64,000 nucleotides of DNA from Candidatus Latescibacterota bacterium (lineage in GTDB: Bacteria > Krumholzibacteriota > Krumholzibacteriia > WVZY01). Below, one piece after another: positions 36,331 to 46,670 of the stretch (position 1 is the first letter of the stretch; each line of letters starts with the position of its first letter). The notes under the pieces were generated by a model. It had not been told where the DNA came from. It was given only the letters and a program-made list of their open reading frames with translations, and searched no databases. A program made the translations under genes and the position numbers. The stretch is taken from NCBI GenBank assembly GCA_963791045.1, contig CAWBQK010000011.1, positions 128,001-192,000 on the forward strand, written 5' to 3'.

Positions 36331-37518
36331 TCAGCTTCGGGGAGTGTCGTTTTGGTTGTTCCCGGTTGGGAATGTTCCTGACAGCCGGTTCAGGCGACTC
36401 ACGATCGCCGGCATCATTTCTATGACCCGGTCAATTTCTTCCTTGGTATTGTAGCGGCTCAATGAGAATCGAACCGAACCGTGCGCGAGCGAGTTCGGGA
36501 CGCCCATTGCTTTCAACACATGCGACGGCTCAATCGCGCCCGTCGCGCAGGCCGACCCGCTCGATGCGCAAATCCCCGCTTCATCCATAAGAAGAAGAAC
36601 CGCTTCGCCCTCGATCCCGTCGAAACTGATGTTCGTTGTGTTTGGAAGCCTCGAATCGGCCGTGCCGTTTCGTACGGCGGTGGGCGTGTTTGCCAAAATT
36701 CCGTTCTCGAGCGCATCGCGAAGCTCACGAATCCGTTCTATCTTTGCCGTCAGGTTGTCGGCGGCCATATCGAGGGCCGCGCCCAGACCGACTATTGCCG
36801 GGATGTTTTCGGTGCCGCTGCGCCGGCCGCGTTCCTGCCCGCCGCCGAGGATGAACGGGCTGGTCCGTGTTCCACGCCGGATATATAGGAGGCCCGTGCC
36901 TTTCGATGCGTGGAGTTTGTGCCCGGAAACCGTGAGGAGATCCACGTGGGTTTGCGTCATGTCGAGCGGGATCTTTCCCGCCGCCTGGACGGCGTCGACA
37001 TGGAGAGGAACCCCGTGGGGTTTGATGACATCAACGATCTTGTCGATCGGGAAGACCACCCCGGTCTCGTTATTCGCGAACATAATAGAAACGAGCGCCG
37101 TGTCATCAGTGATGGACTGGGCGAGTTCGTCGAGATCGAGTCGGCCTTGTGTGTCCACTCCGAGATAGGTGACTTTGTAACCGGTGTCCTCAAGATGGCG
37201 ACAGTATTCGAGCACCGATGGATGTTCAACGCTGGATGTGACGACATGGCGTTTGTGCGGGGCTGCTTCAAGAACACCCGCGATCGCCGTGTTGTTGCTT
37301 TCCGTGCCGCCGCTCGTGAAAATCAGCTCGGACTCCCGGCAATTGAGAAATGCCGCCGATTTTTCGCGGGCCTCTTTGAGAGCGGTCGACGCGACAACGC
37401 CGATCCTGTGCAGGCTCGACGGATTGCCGTAATGTTCACCGAGAAAAGGAAGCATTGCTTCGAGAACCTCGGGGGCAATCCGCGTCGTCGCGTTGTTATC
37501 CAGGTAGATCGAATTCAT
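36331..37518 (-). CDS. nifS: Cysteine desulfurase NifS/IscS
   Basis: YLDNNATT, YGNPSS, SGGTESNN, SGHK (PLP Lys), SSGSAC (catalytic Cys). Confidence 0.9.
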   Translation of the reverse strand: MNSIYLDNNATTRIAPEVLEAMLPFLGEHYGNPSSLHRIGVVASTALKEAREKSAAFLNCRESELIFTSGGTESNNTAIAGVLEAAPHKRHVVTSSVEHPSVLEYCRHLEDTGYKVTYLGVDTQGRLDLDELAQSITDDTALVSIMFANNETGVVFPIDKIVDVIKPHGVPLHVDAVQAAGKIPLDMTQTHVDLLTVSGHKLHASKGTGLLYIRRGTRTSPFILGGGQERGRRSGTENIPAIVGLGAALDMAADNLTAKIERIRELRDALENGILANTPTAVRNGTADSRLPNTTNISFDGIEGEAVLLLMDEAGICASSGSACATGAIEPSHVLKAMGVPNSLAHGSVRFSLSRYNTKEEIDRVIEMMPAIVSRLNRLSGTFPTGNNQNDTPRS

Positions 37519-37524
37519 GCGGTA

Positions 37525-37553
37525 AATATATTAATAACAACGCCTTTTGTCAA
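37525..37553 (-). promoter_or_regulatory. Sigma70 promoter of nifS, likely leaderless transcript
   Basis: TTGACA-N17-TATATT ending 6 nt before the ATG. Confidence 0.7.
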
Positions 37554-37760
37554 GTTTGAGGTTGTAGGGTTTTGCCCGTGGTTCGTATCTTTTTGAATGC
37601 GTTGGGTCTGTGGTGTACGCTATTGGCCGCGGCCGCGGTTGTGATCAGCGAGTGTGTCGGTGACGGCGACGATGGCGGATACCGGTGCCTGCCGAGGTCC
37701 CGGCGATGGTGTCAGCGACTGTGACGGGTGGCATTGAAATCGACTTACAGGGAGACCACA

Positions 37761-38294
37761 ATGACCGACGAGAAACGTGTTGGACTCATAATGGTGAACA
37801 CCGGGAACGGGAAGGGCAAGACGACGGCGGCGCTCGGGACCGCGCTCCGGGCCGTCGGGTGTGAGTTCAAAGTCTTCATGGTTCAGTTTATAAAAGGGTC
37901 GTGGGATTACGGCGAGCTCCACGCGGTCGAGCGGCTGGCTCCCTTCCTGGAACTGAGGCAAATGGGCGAGGGTTTCACCTGGGAGACCAATGATCCCAAG
38001 CGTGACACGGAAGTGGCGAACAAAGCGTGGGATTTTTGCAAGAGCCTGATTGCCCGCAACGAACACGATCTCTTGATATTTGATGAAATCAACAACGCGA
38101 TGGACTATGGGTATGTCAATGTTGACGACGTCGTGGCCACATTGAAAAACAAGCCGGAAGAAATGCATGTGATATTGACCGGCCGCAATGCGCCGCAGGC
38201 GATTATTGATGTTGCCAATCTCGTTACCGAAATGCGTGAGATCAAACATCCCTTCAACGAGGGAATATTTGCGCAGAAAGGCATCGAGTATTAG
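37761..38294 (+). CDS. cobO: Cob(I)alamin adenosyltransferase (CobO/BtuR)
   Basis: GNGKGKTTAALG, QFIKG, GEGFTW, DEI, LTGR, KHPF..G..AQKGIEY. Confidence 0.92.
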   Translation: MTDEKRVGLIMVNTGNGKGKTTAALGTALRAVGCEFKVFMVQFIKGSWDYGELHAVERLAPFLELRQMGEGFTWETNDPKRDTEVANKAWDFCKSLIARNEHDLLIFDEINNAMDYGYVNVDDVVATLKNKPEEMHVILTGRNAPQAIIDVANLVTEMREIKHPFNEGIFAQKGIEY

Positions 38295-38405
38295 CGCGGG
38301 TCGTGCTCGGTCGCGTCCGGTGATCCGGGGAGTTGATGGGGCCGTTTTGGATTGTGGTGATTTCCCCTTCGGGGGAATCAGAACTCAAACACTCGAGGAA
38401 CAAAT

Positions 38406-39197
38406 ATGGATCTCGGAATTAGGGGAAAGGTTGCCGCTGTCGCCGCGGCGAGTCAGGGGTTGGGGTTTGCCGCCGCACTCAAGTTGAGTCAGGAAGGCGC
38501 GCGTGTGTTTATCTGTTCGCGCGACCAGGAACATATTGACGCGGCCGCAGAACGAATTGTCGCCGAGACCGGTGGTGAGGTTTCGGCCCATGTTGCCGAT
38601 GTGTCTCGTGCGAGTGAAGCCGTCGGATTTGTCGAAGGCGCCGCCGAAAAGTTTGGGCGTGTTGATATTCTTGTGACCAATGCCGGCGGGCCGCCGCCGG
38701 GCGGTTTTGACGACGTGGGGTTGGGAGAGCTCGAGAAGGCTTTTCGGTTAACGCTGGAGAGCGCCGTCGCCATGATGAACACGGCCATTCCGCGTATGCG
38801 CGCGGAGAAATGGGGCCGGGTCGTAAACATCACTTCGATAACCGTCAAACAGCCCGAACTGACACTTCTCATGTCGAATACGATGCGGGCGGCTCTTCTG
38901 GGATTCACCAAGTCGGTGGCACGCGAAATCGCCGCGGACAACGTGTTGATAAACAATGTTGCGCCGGGCTATACGCACACCGAGCGGCTCGAAGAATTGG
39001 CCCGGGATCTCGCAGCGCGAAAGGGAATCGGCGCGGGCGATATTTATGCCGAGTGGGAGAGCATCATTCCCGCGCGGCGGTTGGGCAATCCGGAGGAACT
39101 TGCGAACGTCATTGCGTTCTTGAGTTCCGAAGCGTCGAGTTATGTGACCGGAGTGACTGTTCAGGTCGACGGCGGTTTTGTCGCGGGATTGTTGTAG
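38406..39197 (+). CDS. SDR-family oxidoreductase
   Basis: AASQGLG, NAGGPP, NNVAPG, VDGG. Confidence 0.88.
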   Translation: MDLGIRGKVAAVAAASQGLGFAAALKLSQEGARVFICSRDQEHIDAAAERIVAETGGEVSAHVADVSRASEAVGFVEGAAEKFGRVDILVTNAGGPPPGGFDDVGLGELEKAFRLTLESAVAMMNTAIPRMRAEKWGRVVNITSITVKQPELTLLMSNTMRAALLGFTKSVAREIAADNVLINNVAPGYTHTERLEELARDLAARKGIGAGDIYAEWESIIPARRLGNPEELANVIAFLSSEASSYVTGVTVQVDGGFVAGLL

Positions 39198-39471
39198 TTG
39201 TTTTGTTTGTTTTTTTGTTGAGTTGAGTTCGCTTTTTGTCATCGCGCCGACAGCGACGCGCGTTGACCGCTGAACTTTGTTCGTCGTTTTTGTTTTTTTG
39301 TCTTGACGCCTTTTTTGAAGGCGTCTTTTTGAGTTCGACGATCGCTTTGTGTTTTTTGATTTGCGTGCTCATGTGTCCACGACAAGAACGTCTTGAATCT
39401 ATCGAGACGTTTTTGTTTGGTTGTTCGGTTTTTTGTGCTCTCAAGCGTCGTGCGAGATCCAAAAAACCCCA

Positions 39472-39480
39472 TGTTATAAT
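39472..39480 (+). promoter_or_regulatory. Extended -10 promoter upstream of the HNH gene
   Basis: TGTTATAAT is a perfect TGnTATAAT. Confidence 0.55.
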
Positions 39481-39560
39481 ACAAGTGTTGACGATCCTCC
39501 CCGTTGACACATGCAGCTGTCGTAAGTCAACACACGACGTCTTTCCCCGGGAGGTTTCCC

Positions 39561-40831
39561 ATGTCTTACAACCGATCGCTCGCGAGTCTTTCCGACAAAT
39601 CGCTTCTCTCTCGCCTTCACAAACTCGTTACGCGCGAAAAGCAAACCACACTCTCTGTACTAGAGCACCTCGGCGAGGTCGATCGGAGAGATCTTCATCT
39701 CGAGTATGGCTTCAGTTCTCTCTTTGACTATTGCGTCGGCGACCTCGGGTACTCGCGCTCGGCCGCCGGCAGGCGAATCGCTTCAGCCCGATGTATCCGC
39801 CGTTACCCCGAGATGTTCGATCTTCTCGAATCGGGCGACGTTAACCTGTGCACTGTTGGTCTCGTCGCGCCGATACTGGATAACGCAAACAAGGACGTGA
39901 TCTTCCGGGAGATCCGCGGCAAGACCCAACGGGAGGTCGAGTCTATTGTCGCGAGTTTTAAGCCACCTGTCGCGTACCGTGATCGAGTGCGTCCGGTCCG
40001 TGTGGCCGTTTCGAATTTGGGCCAGAACTTCAAGAATCGCCGTAACCCGTTGATTCTAAACTCCCGCTGCGGGAGTAGCAATCGAACAAATTGCGGAATA
40101 GTTGAATCGAGTGTGCAAGAAAGGCTGGGACCGACCAGCGATACTAGTGTCGCAACCGAGCAGACGCAATTCGAGACTGCCTCATGTAAGAAGAGTTCGA
40201 CCAGGGTTGAAAAACGGTTGCTCATTCAGTTCCTGGCAAATGAAGCGTTCATGGGCAAGCTCGATGATGTCAAGTCGCTACTGTCGAACAAGATACCCGG
40301 CGCTACATTCGAAGAGGTTTTTGAAGCCGTCATTGATGAGTTCATCGAACGACACAGCCCGGAGGCGCGTTACGAACGAGGGAGAAACGCCGCGCAAAGA
40401 AGCTTGAAAAACCAAAAGAGATTCGATGCGTCGGAACCGAGGCCAAGGGAAAGATCGGCGAAGGCAAACGCCGAACCGATAAGCAGAAGCCCACGGGAAA
40501 AGGAGGGGCTGTCGGGAACGAACGACGACCGGAGAACCAGGGACCCGCAGTTGAGCGTGAGGGCGACGCACAAAAACGCACGCGACACATCGGTGCGGCT
40601 GTACGAGACGCCGTGTTCAAACGCGACGGCGGGAAGTGCACTTATGTCGGTGCCAACGGCAGAAGATGCAACTCGACGTGGGGCATCCAAATCGATCACA
40701 TCAAACCATTCGCGCGGGGCGGTGGGAACACCAAAGAGAACCTGAGGCTTCTGTGTGGGAGACACAACCGGCTTGCCGCCGAAAAGGTTTACGGCAAAGG
40801 CTTCATGGAAGGTCACTACCGGAGAGAATAG
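39561..40831 (+). CDS. HNH endonuclease with N-terminal helical domain; one frameshift near 40379
   Basis: GGAGG SD; HLGEVDRR..H...G.SSLF.YC..LGYS...A.RR N-domain; shifted frame continues to VRDAVFKRDGGKC...C...IDHIKPFARGG......LRLLC..HN. Confidence 0.8.
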
Positions 40832-40843
40832 ATGTCAAACAAG

Positions 40844-41005
40844 TCACAGCAGGGCCCCGACCGAACATGACTGAACGATAGTTGTGCGCCGGGAATCGGA
40901 CGGGGGCGCTGCATTAGATTTCCGCGCGGTGTAGAGGAACGCGAATAATCCAAGAATCACCAAAAGAAGTGCCACGATCAATGCGATAAGCCTCTGTCGT
41001 TCCAT
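40844..41005 (-). CDS. Small single-TM protein, 53 aa (not in the ORF track)
   Basis: GGGAGG SD just after the thrC stop; MERQRLIALIVALLLVILGLFAFLYTARKS... Confidence 0.55.
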   Translation of the reverse strand: MERQRLIALIVALLLVILGLFAFLYTARKSNAAPPSDSRRTTIVQSCSVGALL

Positions 41006-41017
41006 GGTTGCCTCCCG

Positions 41018-42205
41018 CTATTTGGATGTGCCCGACGCCTCGCCCCAGAGATGATAGTACTTGTAGCCGCTGCCCGTACTGAAGAGCACAACGGACTCAC
41101 CGTCTTTGATCCAACCCTGGCGACGAAGCTCGAGAAACGCCGCGAGCGTCGCGCCGCTTTCCGGCGATACAAAAAGCCCCTGTGTTTTGCCGATAAGATT
41201 GGCGGCATCGATCATGGCCGCATCCGGAACGGCGACGGCGGTCCCATTGCTTTCACGCAATGCCCGAAGGATAAGGAAATCACCCACGGCGGCGGGCACG
41301 CGCAGGCCGTCGGCCACCGTTGTCGCGTCTTCCCACGGATCGGCGAATTCGGCGCCGTCATTGAACGCCTTTACCATGGGCGCGCAGCCGTCCGCCTGGA
41401 CGGTGACCATGCGCGGGCGTTGGGGGCCGATCCAACCAAGCTGTTCGAGTTCATCGAACGCTTTCCACATGCCGACAAGACCGGTTCCCCCGCCGGTTGG
41501 ATAGATGACGACGTCGGGCAGCGACCATCCCATCTGTTCGGCGAGTTCATACCCCATGGTCTTCTTGCCCTCGAGGCGATAGGGCTCCTTCAATGTTGAG
41601 AGGTCAAAGCGGCCATATTTCTCAACGTCCTTCGCCGCTGCCTTGCCGCAATCGGTGATGACGCCGTCGATGAGCGTGACGGTCGCGCCGAGCGCGCGGC
41701 ACTCGGCGATGAATGGCGGTGGAACGTCACGCGGCATGTAGACATGGGCCTCGAGACCGGCGAGCGAGGCGTAAGCGCTCATGGCGCCCGCCGCATTTCC
41801 CGCCGACGGAATCGAGAGCGATTTCACGCCAAGTTCGAACGCGCGCGAAACGCCGAGTGAAAGCCCTCGTGCTTTAAACGACCCGGTTGGATTGTTCCCC
41901 TCGTCTTTTATGTAAAGATTCTCAAATCCGACTTCGCGGGCGAGTCCCTGCGCGAAAATGAGCGGCGTGCAACCTTCGCCAAGCGAGAGCGCGAACCGGG
42001 GCTCCTGGACGGGTAGCAAGTCGAAATAACGCCAGAGGTTGTCCGGCCGCCCGAGAAAACTCTCAGGCGTCAGATCCTCACGCGCCTTTTCGAGATCGTA
42101 CCGGGCAAGCAAGGGCCGTCCGCACTCGGTGCAGAGATTCCACAGTTTGTCCGCTTCGTGTTCTCGGGCGCAAAGACCGCATTCGAGATGGGAAAGGTAG
42201 CTCAT
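41018..42205 (-). CDS. thrC: Threonine synthase
   Basis: N-terminal CxxC...CxxC, LGEGCTP, NPTGSFKARG, SAGNA, EGKKT, PTGGGTG, TGSG.K. Confidence 0.88.
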   Translation of the reverse strand: MSYLSHLECGLCAREHEADKLWNLCTECGRPLLARYDLEKAREDLTPESFLGRPDNLWRYFDLLPVQEPRFALSLGEGCTPLIFAQGLAREVGFENLYIKDEGNNPTGSFKARGLSLGVSRAFELGVKSLSIPSAGNAAGAMSAYASLAGLEAHVYMPRDVPPPFIAECRALGATVTLIDGVITDCGKAAAKDVEKYGRFDLSTLKEPYRLEGKKTMGYELAEQMGWSLPDVVIYPTGGGTGLVGMWKAFDELEQLGWIGPQRPRMVTVQADGCAPMVKAFNDGAEFADPWEDATTVADGLRVPAAVGDFLILRALRESNGTAVAVPDAAMIDAANLIGKTQGLFVSPESGATLAAFLELRRQGWIKDGESVVLFSTGSGYKYYHLWGEASGTSK

Positions 42206-42267
42206 CGGTTCTCCTGATGTTCAGCGCGGTGATATGTCGTTAATAAAAATCTGCTCGTTAACCAGGC

Positions 42268-43092
42268 TCACTCGCTCTGTTTTCTCTTTTTCATACGGGG
42301 TTCGTTGAGTGAGCGCGCGACATTGGTGACGACGGACCGCGGTGCAAGACGGTTGCTAAAAATAAGCAGTTTGTTCTTCGCCCCGGTGGTGACGACGGTC
42401 TTCTTGTTTTTGATGCCTTTGTAGGCAATGCGCGCGACGGTCGGCGCATCCATGGTCATACGCCGGCTAAATAGGGTGCTGCTCTCGACCCCGGCGCGCT
42501 TGTGGAACTCGGTGAGCGTCGGTCCCGGGTTGACAACAGTAACATATACCCCTGTCCCTTTGAGCTCGTTGGCGACGGCCTCAGAGAAAGAAACGACGAA
42601 CGCCTTGGATGCGTAGTAGACCGCCATGAAGGGCCCCGGCTGATACGCGGCGACGGACGCGATGTTAACCACATGGCCGTTTTTGTTTTCGACCATATTG
42701 GGAAGGAACAACCGCGTGAGGTGGGCGAGAGTAGTGACGTTGACCTGAATCATCCCGAGCTGCTCCTCGAGTGGTCGCTCATAGAAGTGTCCGAGCGAAC
42801 CGAAGCCAGCATTGTTTATTAGAAATCGCACATCGACGCCTGCGTCTTTGAGTTCCTGGAATATCTCGCCGGGTGCGCCGGGGTTGGAGAGGTCCTTAAC
42901 AATGACGCGGGATTCGACGCCGAATTCGGATGTGAGTTCGGCGGCGACGGAGTCGAGTTTCTCTTTGTTGCGGGCGATGAGGACGAGATCGTGACCGTCA
43001 CGGGCAAAGAGTTTCGCCAGTTCGTAACCAAGGCCGATCGACGCACCGGTTACGAGGACGGTTCCCGCCGTATTTTCTTTAGAGTCATTCAT
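42268..43092 (-). CDS. SDR-family oxidoreductase
   Basis: TGASIGLG, NNAGFG, YYASK; start 43092 or 43101. Confidence 0.88.
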   Translation of the reverse strand: MNDSKENTAGTVLVTGASIGLGYELAKLFARDGHDLVLIARNKEKLDSVAAELTSEFGVESRVIVKDLSNPGAPGEIFQELKDAGVDVRFLINNAGFGSLGHFYERPLEEQLGMIQVNVTTLAHLTRLFLPNMVENKNGHVVNIASVAAYQPGPFMAVYYASKAFVVSFSEAVANELKGTGVYVTVVNPGPTLTEFHKRAGVESSTLFSRRMTMDAPTVARIAYKGIKNKKTVVTTGAKNKLLIFSNRLAPRSVVTNVARSLNEPRMKKRKQSE

Positions 43093-43266
43093 TTGTTTCA
43101 TCCTTCTTGAACGCTTTGGCCGAGATTTGCCCGGAAACCCGCCACGCACTGGACTTACACCAGGCGCTGCTTCGTGACAGTGTAACCCGCTAGCTTTAAA
43201 GGCGCAAGACCAGCATAAAAACGCAACAGCATGATGGAGAGATCGTCGCCGCGAATCCCTCCAATT

Positions 43267-43305
43267 AACTAACTGATTTACATACATTGGGTTTCATGAT
43301 ATAAT
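43267..43305 (+). promoter_or_regulatory. Sigma70 promoter of the paralog array with upstream AACTAACTGATT motif
   Basis: TTTACA(43277)-N17-TATAAT(43300) with TGn extension. Confidence 0.75.
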
Positions 43306-43414
43306 GGTCAATGAAAGCAACGGGAGCGATCATCTTTTTGCTCATGTCCTCACGCGTTCCCGCCGCGGTCACGATTTCCCTTTGACAGTTGAAGTCGACC
43401 GAAGGAGGAGCAAA

Positions 43415-46400
43415 ATGAAAATCCATGTTGTGGTCGTTTGGTGTGTGGTATTTGCCTTTATCTCGGCGGCCGGTGTCGTCGACGCCAAAAACACCAAAGG
43501 CAAGTACGCGAACTACAACTTTTTTGAACTCCCACAGTCATCGGCTAACCCCCCGGAAATCGGTAATTCGATGTTCAAGGCCGCGGCCGCAGGCACAACG
43601 GTGCTGGGTTGGTGGCAGTTCGATTCGGCGACCGGAACTCCAGACGAGCAGGGATGGACCGTCGTCGACAAAACCGCCCAAACCAAAACATATTTTCATG
43701 TCGATGGACCGCTGTGCAGCGGCGCTACAGCGATCAACGGCGCGCAGTCGATGTGGTGTGGTCAGTGGTCGAATTCGGGCATCCCCTGGTGCGGATGGAA
43801 TGCGCTTCCCGGCTACGGCAATAATTGGGAACAGCGCCTGGTCTCGCAGGAGATCGATATGCCCGCATCGATGACCTACACGGCCGTTTGGGACTGCGAG
43901 CCGGGTTATGATTACATGTATGTGGAATACTGGGATGATGTGAGCCTGCAGTGGGTCGAGATCGCGACGATCAACGGCGGACAGGGATCGTACGACGGCT
44001 CGGGCGGTCCGACCATCGAAACCGTCGCGGCGGCAGCGACGACGACCACCCGATTCCGTTTTCACTTTGTATCGGATGGGGCGTGGAGTGACGAGGATGG
44101 GTTGTGGCCGACTACCGAGGGCGCTTTCAAGGTTGATGATATCTCGACGACCTACGGCGCCGGTCCGACGGTGACCGCGGAGAACTTTGAGGGAGAATCG
44201 TGCGACGCGCTTGCGTCCGACGATGGTTTCTGGACGGCTGAACCGGCACCCGGTTTTGGCGTGTACGGTCATCTCGCATCGGGAGCCTCGATCGTCCAGG
44301 AAGATCCGTGCGCAAGACCTTTGTCAAATCTCTGGGGTTTCTTTGATGATCCCCTGATAACCAATTATGCCTGTGGCGGCTTCCCGCTTCAAGGCGCGAT
44401 GCCCTTCGGCCCGGACGACCAGGGGCTTTATTTGCATAATGAAATCTTTTCGCCGTGGGTGCCGATAACGGGAAGCGGGTCGCAGTACCGCTTTGAGTAC
44501 CTCACCTACCGTGACCTTCCTCTGGACAACCTCCAGTTTTACACCTGGGCAGTTCGAACACGTGACGCGAGCGGCTGTCCGACGAACTGGCAAGATTTTT
44601 CTTTTGTCTACTACGGCGGGCAGAAAGACTGGCTTCGGGCGACGTTTGACGTGGGTTCCATGGTTCCCGGATATGCCGTGGATATTCAGGTGTCGATCGG
44701 AGCGTACGACGGCTGTGTTGTGTGGTGCGGGATCTATGGGACGGGCGCCTGTCACAGCCATGCGCCGGTTCTCGACCAGGTCAAGATCATGCGAGTCGAT
44801 GTTCAGGGCCCGCAGTGGAACGTCCGTCACATCGATTTGTGGCAGGACAATTTCCCCGATGAGGGCGGCGTTGACCCGGCGACAAGCTATGCGCGTTGTG
44901 ACATGGCGATAGACGTAATGCCCAACACCACCTGCAAGATTCTCCCCGGTGACTCTCTGGTCGTCGAAGTAACCGATCCGAACGGTCTGGCGAGCGACAA
45001 CACCGGAGGCCGTGCCGGCCCCGCCGTTTATGCTTTCGTCAAAGTGACGGATCGTTTTGGCAATCCAAAGGCGGGCAAGAGTGGTCTGGCCATCCAGTCG
45101 CCGGACAACCAGTCGTACAGTGGCGATACGAGCGCGGGACTCCTTCGGTGGCCTTTTGTGCCCGGAGTCGCCCCGGCCGGCTGGGACGCCTACCGGATGG
45201 ACGAAGTATTCACCGCGGGTGGGGGTCTCGTGAGTGACCGTTTCTGCGTCGACCTTATGGATCTTGGGACGGGCGCAACGGGGCCGCACTACAATCATGT
45301 CAATGAGAACGTGGTGGCCAATACCGGTATTTTCACGCCGGGTGACGTAATCAACTACGTTCTCGCCGCTCAGAACTCACTGGGTCAATGGAGCTACCTG
45401 TATCGAACGTTCAACGGTCAGGGCACCATCACACGGACGACCAGCGTGAACGAGGCCATTGCCGATCCTATGGAATGGTCGGTACTCCCCGACGCGGGAC
45501 TTCTCCCCGGCGATGAGGGTGACATTCTTTTTGTCGACGACGCCGACGACCGCGGCGGCCCCGCGCAGTTGTATTTCGACTGGGCGTTCAGGTATCTGAA
45601 TATCGAGGACCGTGTCGATCGATTCGACGTCCTCGGCCCCTCCTCCGCTGTTGGAAACAGCCTGGACTCGCGTGTGAAAAACTTCTTCCAGCAGATGATT
45701 GGTGATCCCGTTGAAATTTATCAAAAAGTCCTGTGGAACTCGAGTGACCTTAGCTCGGGCCTGATGGGTGACGGCGGTTCGGCCTGCGGCGGAAGCGGAC
45801 CCATGAAAGAAAACGACTATGCGCTCGCTGATGTCTTCCTGCTCTACCACGGGGACAATCCAGGTTGGGCGGCGTGGGGTGACGACATGGCCGAAGAATG
45901 GTCAGGGCTCACGGGGGCCGGTGCGGTCAACGTGAAGAGCGTCTGGATGAACCACGCGCTGGTCGGCGGCAGTCATGTTCTTCTCGGCGAAGCCGTTTCG
46001 CCCGTCGTGTATCAAAACACCGGTTCCCCGATCGGCCCTGTATCGATGCTCGCTTATGGGGGCTGTGCCGTTATTAACGACTTCGACGTCCTGTCCGCCA
46101 CCGGCGCTGCGTTCGATGCGATGTCATACGGGGCCGTAGACGCCGCCAATGCCGCCGTCGTGGCTCAGGCGACAGGTAACCACGTCGGCACAACGGCTCG
46201 ATACGTACTGGCGGGTTTCGGGTTCAACTACATCCGTTCCGACGGATTGGGCGGTCCACCGGATAACGTGACACACCTGCGTGACATTCTTATTTTCTTC
46301 CAGAACATCATCGACGAGCCGATCGGCATCGATCCGGTGGCGTTCTCGAACTCACTCGACAACGCGTATCCGAACCCCTTCAACCCGTCGACGACGATAA

Positions 46401-46627
46401 AATACACAATCGCCGAGCGCGGGCACGTGAGCCTGAAGATCTACAACGCGGCGGGACAACTGGTTCGCAACCTCGTCGACGAGATGCAGTCGCCGCAAGA
46501 GGTCGGATTCTCGAAGACCTGGAGCGGCATGAACGACCAGGGCCAGCCGGTCTCGAGTGGCGTGTATTTCTATAAATTGACTGCGCAGAACTTCACACAG
46601 ACGAAGAAGATGGTTCTTCTGAAGTAG
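43415..46627 (+). CDS. Large Cys-rich secreted protein with FlgD-Ig/T9SS-A-like C-terminus (copy 1, intact)
   Basis: AAGGAGG SD, signal peptide; EPGYDY...RFRF.FVSDGAWSDEDG beta-sandwich-like region; ILFVDD region; NAYPNPFNPST...SGVYFY...KKMVLLK. Confidence 0.85.
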   Translation: MKIHVVVVWCVVFAFISAAGVVDAKNTKGKYANYNFFELPQSSANPPEIGNSMFKAAAAGTTVLGWWQFDSATGTPDEQGWTVVDKTAQTKTYFHVDGPLCSGATAINGAQSMWCGQWSNSGIPWCGWNALPGYGNNWEQRLVSQEIDMPASMTYTAVWDCEPGYDYMYVEYWDDVSLQWVEIATINGGQGSYDGSGGPTIETVAAAATTTTRFRFHFVSDGAWSDEDGLWPTTEGAFKVDDISTTYGAGPTVTAENFEGESCDALASDDGFWTAEPAPGFGVYGHLASGASIVQEDPCARPLSNLWGFFDDPLITNYACGGFPLQGAMPFGPDDQGLYLHNEIFSPWVPITGSGSQYRFEYLTYRDLPLDNLQFYTWAVRTRDASGCPTNWQDFSFVYYGGQKDWLRATFDVGSMVPGYAVDIQVSIGAYDGCVVWCGIYGTGACHSHAPVLDQVKIMRVDVQGPQWNVRHIDLWQDNFPDEGGVDPATSYARCDMAIDVMPNTTCKILPGDSLVVEVTDPNGLASDNTGGRAGPAVYAFVKVTDRFGNPKAGKSGLAIQSPDNQSYSGDTSAGLLRWPFVPGVAPAGWDAYRMDEVFTAGGGLVSDRFCVDLMDLGTGATGPHYNHVNENVVANTGIFTPGDVINYVLAAQNSLGQWSYLYRTFNGQGTITRTTSVNEAIADPMEWSVLPDAGLLPGDEGDILFVDDADDRGGPAQLYFDWAFRYLNIEDRVDRFDVLGPSSAVGNSLDSRVKNFFQQMIGDPVEIYQKVLWNSSDLSSGLMGDGGSACGGSGPMKENDYALADVFLLYHGDNPGWAAWGDDMAEEWSGLTGAGAVNVKSVWMNHALVGGSHVLLGEAVSPVVYQNTGSPIGPVSMLAYGGCAVINDFDVLSATGAAFDAMSYGAVDAANAAVVAQATGNHVGTTARYVLAGFGFNYIRSDGLGGPPDNVTHLRDILIFFQNIIDEPIGIDPVAFSNSLDNAYPNPFNPSTTIKYTIAERGHVSLKIYNAAGQLVRNLVDEMQSPQEVGFSKTWSGMNDQGQPVSSGVYFYKLTAQNFTQTKKMVLLK

Positions 46628-46670
46628 AGGGTTGGGAACGCAAGAGGCAAAAATTCTTGAGGGGAATGAG

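Noticed and set aside
37560-37760. Cobalamin riboswitch upstream of cobO
   Set aside because: No recognisable B12-box or other conserved riboswitch core
39236-39727. Phe/Leu/Cys-rich ORF and Lys-rich reverse ORFs over the T-rich tract
   Set aside because: Compositional by-products with no SD or family motif
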